A DNA stretch of 64,000 nt from Williopsis jadinii (GCA_024346625.1 AP024664.1:3968001-4032000); one strand, 5' to 3'. Numbered from the stretch's first letter, positions 46,623 to 57,369 are shown. Program-made: numbers and translations. The notes: generated from the letters alone by a model not told the origin.

Positions 46623-47226
46623 TCAACTGTTAAAATTGGCAATTAATGGGCCCACAGGATCAACAGTTGTGTCCTCCTTAACAATTTTGAACAACTCCTT
46701 ATGTAATTCCGACAAAGCGGCCTTTTCCTCTGGTGAAATGTACTCATTGGTTATGAGCTTTGCCTGTGATGTCCTTCTCTCGTCCTCGACCGGAGGATCC
46801 TTCATGCTCGATTCTAGTGGGTTGAAGAAGTTCTGTATATCTATGAGATGACTTGGAATGAAACACGCGCAATGTCAGTAACTCGCTCCTATATATAGCG
46901 TGAGAACAGGTCACTGGTGCAGACCAAATGGGATACTCACTCGTTGGTGTCGTTAACAATCTCATTCAACTGTTCTTCCCTTTCCTTTAGCCTCCTGTCC
47001 TTATCATAGTCGCTGGCAGATTTATTAGTACGGTGCTCAGTCCCGAGGCTTTGTCTCTTCAAATCACACTTACTGGCCGTCGTTTATCAGTGGAGTGGTC
47101 TCATTGATCTTGATTGGTTTGGTTTGTCAGTAAACTCCTTCACACGGGAAGAAAAACAGGTTACCAATGACTTACAGATTGGTCATCATCATCAATACCC
47201 CTTAAGCACGATAAGCAGACACCCAT
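46623..47226 (-). CDS. MEH1: EGO/Ragulator anchor subunit Meh1/Ego1 (4 exons, 128 aa)
   Basis: Exons 47226-47176, 47108-47074, 47012-46941 and 46851-46623 give MGVCLSCLRG...INETTPLI...REEQLNEIVNDTNDHLIDIQ...VDPVGPLIANF. N-terminus carries myristoylation/palmitoylation signals. Confidence 0.88.
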
Positions 47227-47535
47227 AGAGCTTTTGTTCTTTTGACTAATCCTCTCTTCCCTGACAGGATTGGCTTGTTAACGGTGAATTTATGCTTCAG
47301 CTTCCTCACATAGGAAGAAAAACCCACACACCAACACCAAAGCACAGGATTTTACCAATGCCATGGTTAAAAGCATACGCTTTCTCTTTCGGGAAGTCAA
47401 CGATTTTCTGGGAAACTTCACCGTCTCGGGCACTTTTTTTTTTCAGTGGTTCTTGTCCACTCAAAACAGAGAGAACGAGTGAGGGCAGAACAACAACAGA
47501 CTTGCACTTAAGCTGTATCTGACCAGGAGAAGAGT

Positions 47536-48219
47536 ATGCTTACAAGAACCACAGTTAGACGTCTTCACACGTCACGCGTCAGCTATGGGTTCATGGACTG
47601 GTTCAAGATGAAGAAGGCCGAGGAGAGAAAGCCAAAGCCAAAAGCTGAAGATATCAACACTGTCATGGCGAAAGCTGAAGAAGGTGAAGTTACAGTGACC
47701 AAGATGGACAAGATTGAATTCATCGGTAAGAAGAGTAAGAAGCCACAGGATACACGTCCATTGGCTGAGAGATTGAATGGATTCCATATCAAGCATTGGA
47801 TTGCAAAGGAGAAGGTTACAGATGAGGCTCAATTTGCAAAGTTGATCATTGATGAATACAACAAGCTGGTTCCAAACAACGTGGCCTCTGTAAAAGATGT
47901 TAACTTGGCCAACTTGAACTTACGATTCCAAGTAACTAAACAAGTTCAGGCTAAGTCTGGTTATCTGATCCCGGATCTGGTGTTGACGAGGGCATCGAAT
48001 GGCCAAGTGTTGCTTGACCATTTTGACAAGTTGATGAACGGCACCCAGAGCAAATATCATCTAACCCTAGATGACATTCCAGTCACAAGTGAAAACGTAT
48101 ACATCCAACCATCAGTGACGAGCAGAGAAAGAAAGACCAAGTTCAAGAAGTTGCTGAAAGAGGCTAAAAAGGCACAAGATGAGAAGACTGAACAACTTAT
48201 CCAAGGTGTGAGGGCATGA
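47536..48219 (+). CDS. MRPL13: Mitochondrial large ribosomal subunit protein mL50
   Basis: Presequence, GFMDWF, LNLRFQVTKQVQAKSGYLIPDLVLT; divergent from MEH1, matching the RSC4-MEH1-MRPL13 synteny. Confidence 0.75.
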   Translation: MLTRTTVRRLHTSRVSYGFMDWFKMKKAEERKPKPKAEDINTVMAKAEEGEVTVTKMDKIEFIGKKSKKPQDTRPLAERLNGFHIKHWIAKEKVTDEAQFAKLIIDEYNKLVPNNVASVKDVNLANLNLRFQVTKQVQAKSGYLIPDLVLTRASNGQVLLDHFDKLMNGTQSKYHLTLDDIPVTSENVYIQPSVTSRERKTKFKKLLKEAKKAQDEKTEQLIQGVRA

Positions 48220-48336
48220 AATATCAAGTTCATTCCATCCGTACATGAGAACACGCAAATCGAGAGAGAGAAAGAACTAACCACTGTACATATATATATC
48301 CATCTATTCTTTGCTTGTAAATTTTTGTTTTGATCT

Positions 48337-49728
48337 TCACAATCTATACACATAGTCAGCGTTCAAAGTTTTATATCTAACCCATGGAAATGAAGTATAC
48401 TCTAAAATATCGTCTGTGATACTGAGGTATTCCACTTTTAAAGAACTGAATGTCAAATCTGGAAGCTCAAACGCCATTGTTATCTCTTTGTTGTTCGTTT
48501 CCCGTTCATTTTCTTCATCGACAATCTCCTTGATCTTGTCGAATCTTGGATGAGTGATCTTTGGTGGTGGATCCATACCCAGGTTGACGACTTTCGTTTT
48601 ATCATCTGGTCTCTTCAGATCAAACTGCGACATCATTGTATACGTCCGTTCACCACCAACGCTCTGTAGATTCCAGACAATACAGTCATCGTCGAATTTG
48701 TACGCAACCTTCCCCAGTTTGCACCTAAACTTTGGCATGGAGCCAAAATCTATGTCATAGTGTTGTAGATCAATGGGGATCTTGATACACAGGTATGTCA
48801 ATTGTGCTCTCAGCTTGAAGTTCGTCCTTATCGTGATCTTGGTGAACAATTTACCGCTCTTTTCAATGAATTCGTTCTCTATGATTTCAACAATGGGTGA
48901 TGTCTTGATGGTCAGTGAATAATGGCACAGTTGGAACTCACCATCCGGTGGTGTGAACGATATGATTCTGTCACTCGAGAACTTTGGAAGCTCAACGCAC
49001 TGATGGAACTGTAGTTTCTTGAAAAAGGCAGAATTCTCCGTGTCGATCAACTTGTTGAGCCCCAACTTCAACACGGGCATTCCTGAGAGATAGCACTTAA
49101 CGTCGATGCTACCGTGTATCTCGTGCCGTATAACACGTGAGTTTGCATCCACGTAGAGAGAGATCTTCTCGACAACGTCAACAAAGAGCTCGTTCTTCTT
49201 ATAGAAGATACCTCTAGGCCTCCAGCTGATCGAAGTTGTCGTTGTCTTCAAGATACTCGAATTGACCTGCTGGTCATCGTCATCTGCGGGCTTTGGAGTC
49301 TCTTCCTCGTTCTGCTGGACCTCCAACTTGATCACGTCCCTCAGAATGGGTATGTCTGTCAGCTGCGGTATGCCGTAGTCCATGATCTCGTCCAACAGCT
49401 CGTATATCAAGTTGAAGTTATCGGTGATGAGATCCCTGTTCAGATCCTTGGTCTTGAAGTAGCTCTTGAGGATCTCGTCAAACTTGTAGAGAAAGCTGAA
49501 CAGCATCATCGCATTCGTATTGTCGTGATGTACTATCGCAAGCAGGATCAGATCGTTATTGGTGATGTAGGCGTAGCGGAACTCGCCAACGGTGACAACC
49601 GGCGCATCGTTCTGTTCCTTAGCGCTACAGAACGCCCTCACAACAGTCTCGACATCCACCAGCGTCCCAGTGTAGCTTCTACTGATCAAACAGCTCGCGG
49701 TTCTATCGAGAATCGCAATTGCATCCAT
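48337..49728 (-). CDS. APM2: Adaptor complex medium (mu) chain, Apm2/Apm1-like
   Basis: DNFNLIYELLDEIMDYGIPQ, SWRPRGIFYKKNELFVD, YLSGMP, FHQCV, PPDGEF and PWVRY. Divergent sequence and proximity to OPI1 favour APM2. Confidence 0.7.
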   Translation of the reverse strand: MDAIAILDRTASCLISRSYTGTLVDVETVVRAFCSAKEQNDAPVVTVGEFRYAYITNNDLILLAIVHHDNTNAMMLFSFLYKFDEILKSYFKTKDLNRDLITDNFNLIYELLDEIMDYGIPQLTDIPILRDVIKLEVQQNEEETPKPADDDDQQVNSSILKTTTTSISWRPRGIFYKKNELFVDVVEKISLYVDANSRVIRHEIHGSIDVKCYLSGMPVLKLGLNKLIDTENSAFFKKLQFHQCVELPKFSSDRIISFTPPDGEFQLCHYSLTIKTSPIVEIIENEFIEKSGKLFTKITIRTNFKLRAQLTYLCIKIPIDLQHYDIDFGSMPKFRCKLGKVAYKFDDDCIVWNLQSVGGERTYTMMSQFDLKRPDDKTKVVNLGMDPPPKITHPRFDKIKEIVDEENERETNNKEITMAFELPDLTFSSLKVEYLSITDDILEYTSFPWVRYKTLNADYVYRL

Positions 49729-50086
49729 TTAGTCACTCTGTCTGCCTCTGTCTCTCCGTTCACGCGGAATTGCCACTCCTCAATGCCTCCGTCCTGCTCT
49801 TCGTCCTGGCTGGCTCTCCTATACTTCACAGCTAGCGTGCCTTGTCCCGTGTGAGTGTGAGCGTGGGCTCCTCAACTGTGCTCCCGTGGCTTCTACGTGC
49901 TGTGTTTGTTTTTCCTCGCTCCGTGGGTGCCAGTAGTGTGATGAGAGCGGTGAGGCCCCGAGAATCAGGGAAAAGTAAACAGCGGCACAGCATCAAGAAC
50001 AACAACAAGGGTGAAACATCACGGCGGTAAACGCAAAGACACACGGCGGCAGGGTAGAAAGGGACGGAACACAGCGCGGTAGAACG

Positions 50087-52099
50087 ATGTCGAACCCATA
50101 CGCTGTGCTCAAGGAGACGGCGCAGCTGCCGACGATTGATAAGAAGAACCAGGAGAAGATGGGCAAGTCGATGCAGAGAAGGATCTCCATCCACTACACG
50201 GATGACTCCACCATCAGAGGCCTGACGGGCCAGGCGCCGGCGTTACCTAACATTGACCTGGAGCAGTACGGTGTGTCCTCGCAGCCGGGAGCTGGGGTGT
50301 CTACTGCGCCCATGGCGAAGGGTGGGTCCCTTGATAGTGCTGGGCGTAAGGATTCAGGGATGAAGACAGGTGTCCATAGAGACATCATGAACTTGCGTGA
50401 CCCGCAAGTGCTGAAGATGTTGAGTGACCCACAGTTCAACGCCGAGCAGTTCATCAGCGCAAGGTTGGCAGATGCCACAGCGTCCGATATTGAGAAGTTC
50501 AACACGCAGTTGCGGTCTCTGAACATCAACGTTCAGAACGACGTCAAGGCGACAGCGTTGCAGACGTTTGAGAAGCTGGGCGAGGTTTCTGATAACTTGG
50601 AGACCACGTCTACAGAGGTGAAGCACTTGCGTAACAGCATCAACGATCTAATGGATATCACTGTCCAGATGAAGGAGTCGGCAGAACACACTGTTCAGCT
50701 GGAGATGGATCTACAGAATGAACTGACCAAGACCAACTCAAAGAGAAAGAAAAGAGCCAGGGATAGAAGCAGTATCCTTGTGTTGGAGAAGATGTGGGCC
50801 TCAGAGATGAACTCGCTATTCAGACACGTTGAAGGTGCTCAGAAGTACATCTCTGCGATTCCAGGACGGCACATTATAGCTGAAAGTGGTCGTTGGCAAG
50901 AGCTCAACGCTGCGACTTTCAAGACGCTTCAACCAGCCCATATCTTTTTGCTAAATGACTTGATATTGATCGCCACTAGAAAGCGCAAGGTTCAGAAACA
51001 ACCTTTGGATGATAAACAGCAGCTTTTGGTTGCTTCACAATGCTGGCCGTTGAGAGAGGCCCATCTGACAGAACTCAAGTTGCAGAACTCCAGTAAGGAC
51101 ACATATGCCATCAACATCAAGTATAACTCGTTGAGTTATGTTTATCAAACCGATCGTTTGGACCACTACACGAAGGTGCTGGAAGGTTACAAGAAGGCTA
51201 GGAATGAGCTTCGTGACATTTCTGAGGCTGAGAATATGAAGCAGAAACAGCTGAGAGACTCCATGAACCTGTTAGCTTTGTCTGACACTGGTAACGGTAC
51301 ACATCCGACTAGAAATAGTTTATCGAGAAACTCGCAAATAATGTTGCAAGATCTCAGTACAAGAATGCACAGTAGATCAAGAAGTTTGGATAACTCGAAT
51401 GTGCTTCGTATGCTCAAGTCCTTGGATGGCAGAGTCGATGACGTCGATGTCCAGATCTTCCACGAAGATTATCAAGGCTCGGTGACCGCGTTGGATGACA
51501 TTATTATCGAACTCGAAGCTCTGAGTACGTCCTGTACACAGGATGAAAAGGTTTTGTACAACGTCATTGAGTTGAAAGTATGTGCTAAAAAGGACAAGAT
51601 CTTGAAGATGTTGATTAAAGGTTTGCGTCTGCTGTTCCTGTCCTTTTCTCGTATCGAGAAGCTGATTAAGGCTTTACTCGCATTGAAACAGACGCAATTG
51701 GCGGAGACTCTGTTCTTAAACAACAGGTCTTCCTTCATCGAACTGCTTTTAGATAGAGTTCCTTTTGAAAAGAACATCAACGGGGAGCCCAAGACACAGG
51801 ATTACATCGTCTCCCTTTCGATTGTGAAGTTCCAGTCCATCAAGACCACCATTGAACAGTACAAGAAGTTGTTTGCAAATGATTATCAGTCCCAGAGTTA
51901 CTTGGTTTCCTGGGGTGTGGAGGAGTCAGAGAAACACATTGTGCTTTTGAAGAGGATCATCCAGAATGTGAAAATCACTGAAACTCAACTACGTGATGCG
52001 ATAGTTTCCATCCACGGACAAGTTGAATCTTTGAAAGAGGAAGGTTTGGACGTTGAATACTTGCTAGATGAGTTCTACAAGACCATCGACACTGTGTGA
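50087..52099 (+). CDS. EXO84: Exocyst subunit Exo84
   Basis: RRISIH, RDRSSILVLEKMW, VEGAQKY..PGRHII.ES and PH-like HIFLLNDLILIATR. Confidence 0.92.
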   Translation: MSNPYAVLKETAQLPTIDKKNQEKMGKSMQRRISIHYTDDSTIRGLTGQAPALPNIDLEQYGVSSQPGAGVSTAPMAKGGSLDSAGRKDSGMKTGVHRDIMNLRDPQVLKMLSDPQFNAEQFISARLADATASDIEKFNTQLRSLNINVQNDVKATALQTFEKLGEVSDNLETTSTEVKHLRNSINDLMDITVQMKESAEHTVQLEMDLQNELTKTNSKRKKRARDRSSILVLEKMWASEMNSLFRHVEGAQKYISAIPGRHIIAESGRWQELNAATFKTLQPAHIFLLNDLILIATRKRKVQKQPLDDKQQLLVASQCWPLREAHLTELKLQNSSKDTYAINIKYNSLSYVYQTDRLDHYTKVLEGYKKARNELRDISEAENMKQKQLRDSMNLLALSDTGNGTHPTRNSLSRNSQIMLQDLSTRMHSRSRSLDNSNVLRMLKSLDGRVDDVDVQIFHEDYQGSVTALDDIIIELEALSTSCTQDEKVLYNVIELKVCAKKDKILKMLIKGLRLLFLSFSRIEKLIKALLALKQTQLAETLFLNNRSSFIELLLDRVPFEKNINGEPKTQDYIVSLSIVKFQSIKTTIEQYKKLFANDYQSQSYLVSWGVEESEKHIVLLKRIIQNVKITETQLRDAIVSIHGQVESLKEEGLDVEYLLDEFYKTIDTV

Positions 52100-52239
52100 T
52101 GGTGTATCAGAATTAGAATATTGTATTTTACCCATGTTATATAATAGAGCAGAGAAACAAAATTAACAATGAACATAACAGAAGTCTCTGTGCGCGTGTA
52201 TGTACAAGATAACCTGTATCATCCTTGGAAACCATCACC

Positions 52240-53760
52240 TCACAACCCCAAGTCCTCTTCAAGTGCTTCAATGGCTTGCTGTCTCTTGTATATGAGTGTT
52301 TTCTCTTCTTCATATTTAAAAGCCCAATCTTCATACAGGCTTCTATTGACATCAAGGATTGCTAATCTGGTCTTTTCAAAGAGGTCTTGTTTGAAGCTCT
52401 CAACTTCTCTCAACCACTCTCTGGAGATCCTGTTGAACCCCATGAAGATGCCTAATGAGGCCAGCCCAACCATCGAATAGGTGGAGAAGTCATAGACTAT
52501 GGAGCCAGGGATGGCCAATAGCACAAATGGTAATTGAAGTGTAAGGACGTTTGTCATGATGATCTTTACAGCTCTGTTCTGTAGCTGAAGAAGATCTGTC
52601 TGTATAACGTTTCTCTTGAGAGTTGTCAGTTCGTTATGATCGAGTGCCTCCAGTTTTGAACGGAAATGTGGCTTCTCCTCCAATTGGAAACTCGTGAAGG
52701 AGTCTATCTGTCCCTTTACGTAGCTATAGTTCTTCAGCGAATCAGTAAGGATTCCATCTTTCAACATTTCGGCAAAGATTGCCTGTACGTCGTCTGCTCT
52801 GTAGTACAATTTCCACCAGGGTAACTGTCTCGCCTCATATTCATTGACATGAGCCTTGAAGCTCGTCTGCAATTCATGGTGTGATTCTTCGTCCCATTGT
52901 GAGATGAGTTTACGGATCTTTTCATCCCTTTGCGACAGTTCATCGACTGTCATTGAATGGACCGCATTTTGTTCGTCCAAGTTCTTTCTCACAGAGTTGT
53001 AGAGCTTTGAAATGACGGTGTACGGCTCAGATATAGCTGAAATCAGCTTGATGAACTGAGATATGTGAGATTCTCCATACAGCTTAGTATAGATGGTGGC
53101 ATTCTGCGGTGACTCGATTAGAAGGTCCACTGCGCTCTGCGAAATCTCGGAACACACCTCGTTCTGAGCCAGAGGTGGTGGATTCCCGAGATCATTGTTT
53201 GGAATATCAACGTATTGATACACTGGCCAGTTCTGTGTGTCTAAAGGCACGCCATTCTGGAAAGTGATGTAGCAATGACAGCCGTCCTCTGCTGGACTCA
53301 AATGTTTCAACTCGACGAATTCCAAGTTCCTCTCACTTAGGAACGGAGAAGGAACGTTATAAACATTTCCTGATTGTTCAAAGGAATGGCTGAACTTCAC
53401 AACTACATCGTCCTCGTGGGATCTCAACTGGAATTGTTCGTACCAGGACTGGTTTGATGCAAATGGGTCGGCCAATATGGAATTCAACAGAGAGCCTTTG
53501 GCACCGAGAAGACCAACTCGGATGGGGGTATCCGGGAACTTCAGGCGTTCCGTGAGCAGTGCTATCTTAGAGTAGAGTCCATGCTTGTCGGCAAATAGGT
53601 CTCTTGCTCTTTCGAGGTTAATCACGGGATCTCTAGGTTCATCATCAACAATGGTGTGTTGGGAGAAGTGTCTCATGTTGAGGCTTATGGCGGGGATTCT
53701 CGAGACCCGGGACCACGGCGTACGAGCAATACATGAACACAAGGTTCTAGTGTATGTCAT
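52240..53760 (-). CDS. Conserved mitochondrial membrane protein (Mmc1-like)
   Basis: Presequence-like N-terminus, LLNSILADP, LPWWKLYYRADDV and two C-terminal hydrophobic helices. First ATG 53760. Confidence 0.6.
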   Translation of the reverse strand: MTYTRTLCSCIARTPWSRVSRIPAISLNMRHFSQHTIVDDEPRDPVINLERARDLFADKHGLYSKIALLTERLKFPDTPIRVGLLGAKGSLLNSILADPFASNQSWYEQFQLRSHEDDVVVKFSHSFEQSGNVYNVPSPFLSERNLEFVELKHLSPAEDGCHCYITFQNGVPLDTQNWPVYQYVDIPNNDLGNPPPLAQNEVCSEISQSAVDLLIESPQNATIYTKLYGESHISQFIKLISAISEPYTVISKLYNSVRKNLDEQNAVHSMTVDELSQRDEKIRKLISQWDEESHHELQTSFKAHVNEYEARQLPWWKLYYRADDVQAIFAEMLKDGILTDSLKNYSYVKGQIDSFTSFQLEEKPHFRSKLEALDHNELTTLKRNVIQTDLLQLQNRAVKIIMTNVLTLQLPFVLLAIPGSIVYDFSTYSMVGLASLGIFMGFNRISREWLREVESFKQDLFEKTRLAILDVNRSLYEDWAFKYEEEKTLIYKRQQAIEALEEDLGL

Positions 53761-54456
53761 ACTGCTTGTTGATGGGAAATTGGAGGGGATCACGAGGAAG
53801 GGGACAGTGTGAACTGAAGAGGTGGTAAATGGTGATGGGAGTCTATGCCGATGTGATTGGTTAAATGGTGGTGTCGGGGTGAATGGGTGTCCGGGTTAAT
53901 GGGTGTCCGGATGGAGCTCCTCGCGAAACCGTCTAGCTTTTTGCGCAATTTGTGAGTTTTTCCGTTGGAATTTTAGATTCTGCGCCAATTGCGCAGTCAT
54001 TACCCTTTGCAGTAGGTCTTTATGCCATATTGCGCGATTTGGCGGAGACAATCACGAAAAGTTCCCTTTTCGATCAAAATGCCATAAGCTTTTTCATGCG
54101 CATGTGACAAGAGGTGCGAGACATATGGCAAAGGGAAAAATTCATGAGCAAAACAGAGGGAAAACCCACTTAAATTGGAACATATGGCATAAAACATACC
54201 CCGTTTGCTTCATACACTGGCAATATTGTCTTCTGGAGAGTTGTTTCTATATTAATATTGGTTGATTTGGTTCAAATTCGTAACCGATTGTACTTCCATC
54301 ACAAGACATAAAGACAGGCAGGTTGGTTTCCAGGTCGCAGAAGTTATTCCGAAGCTCTGGCAAGAGAACAACAGCCACAACGTACACAGGAGCGCACGAC
54401 CTTTGTATAGAGATACCACAGAGTTACAGAGCCGTAGAAGACTTCGGGTTGGTCGT

Positions 54457-55800
54457 ATGTCGATGTCTAATACTGCAGAGATGGGTGTAACAGACTCATC
54501 ACTCGATGTATCGGACCCTTTGTCGTGTCGGAAGCTCCCACACCAGGATAAAGTGGCTGCTTCCTCCCAGAATCTGTTATCATCACATGCCAATGAAGAG
54601 GAATCCTTGGCTGTACGAGATGAAAAGGAAGCTGAAGCGTTAGAGGCTCTAGGGCAACTGCAGAATAGTGGGCATAGTACACCGGCTGTACAGACACTTG
54701 AAGCTTTCGGTGATAGGCACAGCGACGAAGATGGTGATGATGATGACGATGGTGATAACGATGTCAGTGGAGGTAGCGACGATGAACAGTTCTACGACAC
54801 AAGATCGACGATATCACACAGGCAGAGGCTATACAGAAAGATGAGAAACCATCCTATTGTGAACTCTGCTGTGAACGTTTACAAGTCCAACAAGCCTGCA
54901 CTGAAGTACGGTGTCAACATGGTTGAAAAGGCCGCACAGCCAATGGTTACCATCATCGGTGAAACTAGGGAGGAATGGAGACGTAAGAGGAGATTGAGTA
55001 AAGCCAACGAGATGTTCCCCGACGAGGCGAAGGTTGACATACCACCATCGTCCTCGCTGCTACCTTCTACAAAAAGGCAGAAGCTGCCCTCGATATCTGA
55101 GGCACTATCACTGGGAAATAGAAACTTGAACGAGCTGAGCTTCCAGATGTCCATCGAGTCCAAAAAGAGGCTCCAGGCCTGTCTGCAGCTGTTGATGCTT
55201 GCAAACAAGCAACTGTCGACAAAAGTGGAACATCTACAGCATCTCTTGAAGGAACAGGAGCGCATCGTTGAACACCGACGTCGCTCTGAGACAGATGTCG
55301 TTAGAGACGAAGATGGTGACGTTTACCACGATGCCTCCGAGTCTATCAGCACAACCGATGAGATCAAGCATGAGATCATTGGCACAGTGAAGAAGATTGT
55401 TTCCTTCATCTCCAAGTACGGTGGTAACTCTCTTCCTGAACCAGCGAGAACAGACGTCCGTGAGGAGCTGCTCAAACTCCCCAACAGATGGGCTTCACAG
55501 CAGACAACTAATACGCTGATAAACTACAATACCAATGCCAAAGTGCTGGTCCTGGCCAACGACTCCTTGGACATGGTGAGATCCGTCATGTCTGTGTTCC
55601 ATGATACTCTAAGCAGAGCAGACCATTGGATCAAACAAAAGCAGGCAAAGCAGTTAGCCAAGCAGGCCATGTGGAATAGTTCAATGAGGAGACGAGAGGC
55701 ACAGGAACAGATAAAGGATGCGGATCCCAATGTTGTTTCTGACGATACTATTGGCTCTAACAACACTGCTCAGCCTCATAATACCGTTGAGAATGGCTGA
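54457..55800 (+). CDS. OPI1: Opi1 phospholipid-synthesis repressor
   Basis: AEALEALGQL, MSIESKKRLQACLQLLMLANKQLS, GGNSLPEPARTDVREELLKLPNRW and FFAT-like motifs. First ATG 54457. Confidence 0.9.
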   Translation: MSMSNTAEMGVTDSSLDVSDPLSCRKLPHQDKVAASSQNLLSSHANEEESLAVRDEKEAEALEALGQLQNSGHSTPAVQTLEAFGDRHSDEDGDDDDDGDNDVSGGSDDEQFYDTRSTISHRQRLYRKMRNHPIVNSAVNVYKSNKPALKYGVNMVEKAAQPMVTIIGETREEWRRKRRLSKANEMFPDEAKVDIPPSSSLLPSTKRQKLPSISEALSLGNRNLNELSFQMSIESKKRLQACLQLLMLANKQLSTKVEHLQHLLKEQERIVEHRRRSETDVVRDEDGDVYHDASESISTTDEIKHEIIGTVKKIVSFISKYGGNSLPEPARTDVREELLKLPNRWASQQTTNTLINYNTNAKVLVLANDSLDMVRSVMSVFHDTLSRADHWIKQKQAKQLAKQAMWNSSMRRREAQEQIKDADPNVVSDDTIGSNNTAQPHNTVENG

Positions 55801-55887
55801 TCATGCCAACGCACCCTGTTGTTCTACTGTTTCCTGTAATGTGTTCATGACTGTTCTATCGAGATTTACATAACCCGTCTGTGTAGT

Positions 55888-56656
55888 TCAGTTCTGTAAA
55901 GCCTTTAGCCTTTCCCTCATCTCGTTCAGCACGTGGTCGTCCTCCTCCTCCAACTCTGGCTCCGCGTGTTGAGGTGCCGGCTCCTCCAGCTGTGTGTGTG
56001 GTAGGTTGTTGACCTTGTCAAACTTCTCTGTAGTGTACTGTGATACAATCTTGTTGATCTCCTCGTTGATCTCGTCCTCTTCCTCGATGTCTTCGACCTC
56101 GTCCATCGTGTCCAGCGTGTCGCCAACCATCTCGTTGATGATCCCGCTCTTCATCAACTCCTGCTCCAACTCTCTCATGGTCCCTGTCAACTGTGGCAGT
56201 CTCACGAGGCTGTTCACCTCGCGCATGATACTGGACGACTTCACCATATTCTGCTGTAACTTCAACATGCCAAAGCTCTCATCGATCTGCATTCCAACGC
56301 TCTCCAACTGCGCCTTTGACTTGTACAGCCTCGACTGCTGTTTCTTTATCCCGTACAACTCGCGGGCGTACACCTTAACGCTCTTCATATCGTTCTTCTT
56401 AGCGCTTTGCTTGATCAACGTCTCCGTCTTCTTCTCGAGCGCATTGATCTCGCGGATGCTCTTCTCCAACTGACGGGCATTGCGACGTGTGAGCTGCTTA
56501 CACTTTCTATGCTGGAGAGTAGAGGGAGCACGGCCCCCCAGATGTGTTAGCATTGCTTGATAAACAAAGGACCAAAACAACAGTCCCTATAGATCGCACT
56601 GTCCATACCTGTTCCTTAGGGTCTGGTCCCCATATTGCCTTCTTGATGTAATCCAT
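55888..56656 (-). CDS. VPS24: ESCRT-III subunit Vps24 (2 exons)
   Basis: Exon1 56656-56609 (MDYIKKAIWGPDPKEQ); intron 56608-56512 (GTATGG...TGCTAAC...CAG); exon2 56511-55888 ends in MIM1-like EMRERLKALQN. Confidence 0.95.
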
Positions 56657-56874
56657 TTCCTGGCGTGTCTTCACACTGTGAGCGGTGGTGAGTGGGTCAG
56701 GGCCTGTTGAAGTGAGAGGCCGGCACTGTCGAGATGAACAAGTTTGATGGACAGCGGCCAAAATGCCGCTGTTGTAGTGTTGGGGGCCACAGCACCAGTG
56801 AGGTATACACACAGCACATCATCAACGACTTGTCACTTGCAAACAACTACAGGGACACGAGAACACGAGCGAAG

Positions 56875-57238
56875 ATGATGTCGGAGACGTACAAGCTCTT
56901 GGATTCTGCGCTGGAGTCGGCTCGTGCAGTGTATGAGCACGACACCGAGGTCACGGTGAAGCAACTAGAGACGATTCGCCAGGTGAACACCGCAACAACG
57001 CTCAACTACATAAAGAAAGAGGAAGCACTCAAGAGGGTGACGAGGAAAGCAGACAGCATCGAGGCAAAGAGTATGTGACAATGCTAAGGTGTTCGTGCTC
57101 CTTGACTAATGTATACTAACAGAGTAAGCAGAAGAAGAGTTGAGGCAACTGGAGCAGCAGCTGTCGTCTGTGGAGTCCCGTCTCTCTTCCATCGAACAGC
57201 TGGTTGATGAGCTAGAAGACCATACCAAGGACTGGTGA
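56875..57238 (+). CDS. Small coiled-coil protein, BLOC-1 subunit 2 (BLOC1S2/Bli1)-like (2 exons, ~100 aa)
   Basis: Exon1 56875-57070; intron 57071-57131 (GTATGT...TACTAAC...CAG); exon2 57132-57238 (KEELRQLEQQLSSVESRLSSIEQLVDELEDHTKDW). The N-x2-T-x3-Y pattern resembles BLOC1S2. Confidence 0.65.
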
Positions 57239-57332
57239 AGTGCTGTTTGTGTGGTTCTGAGAGTAGAGGATAAGGAACTGAAACAGTGATGTCTTCCTTT
57301 TCGGAACGCTTCCGAAAGTGGTGTTTACATCT

Positions 57333-57369
57333 CATTAGCCGCCGTGATGGTTGGTGTCAGCGGCTAATG
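57333..57369. promoter_or_regulatory. Inverted pair of URS1 (Ume6)-like sites
   Basis: CATTAGCCGC 57333-57342 and GCGGCTAATG 57360-57369 form a perfect inverted repeat; TAGCCGCCG at 57336-57344. Confidence 0.65.
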
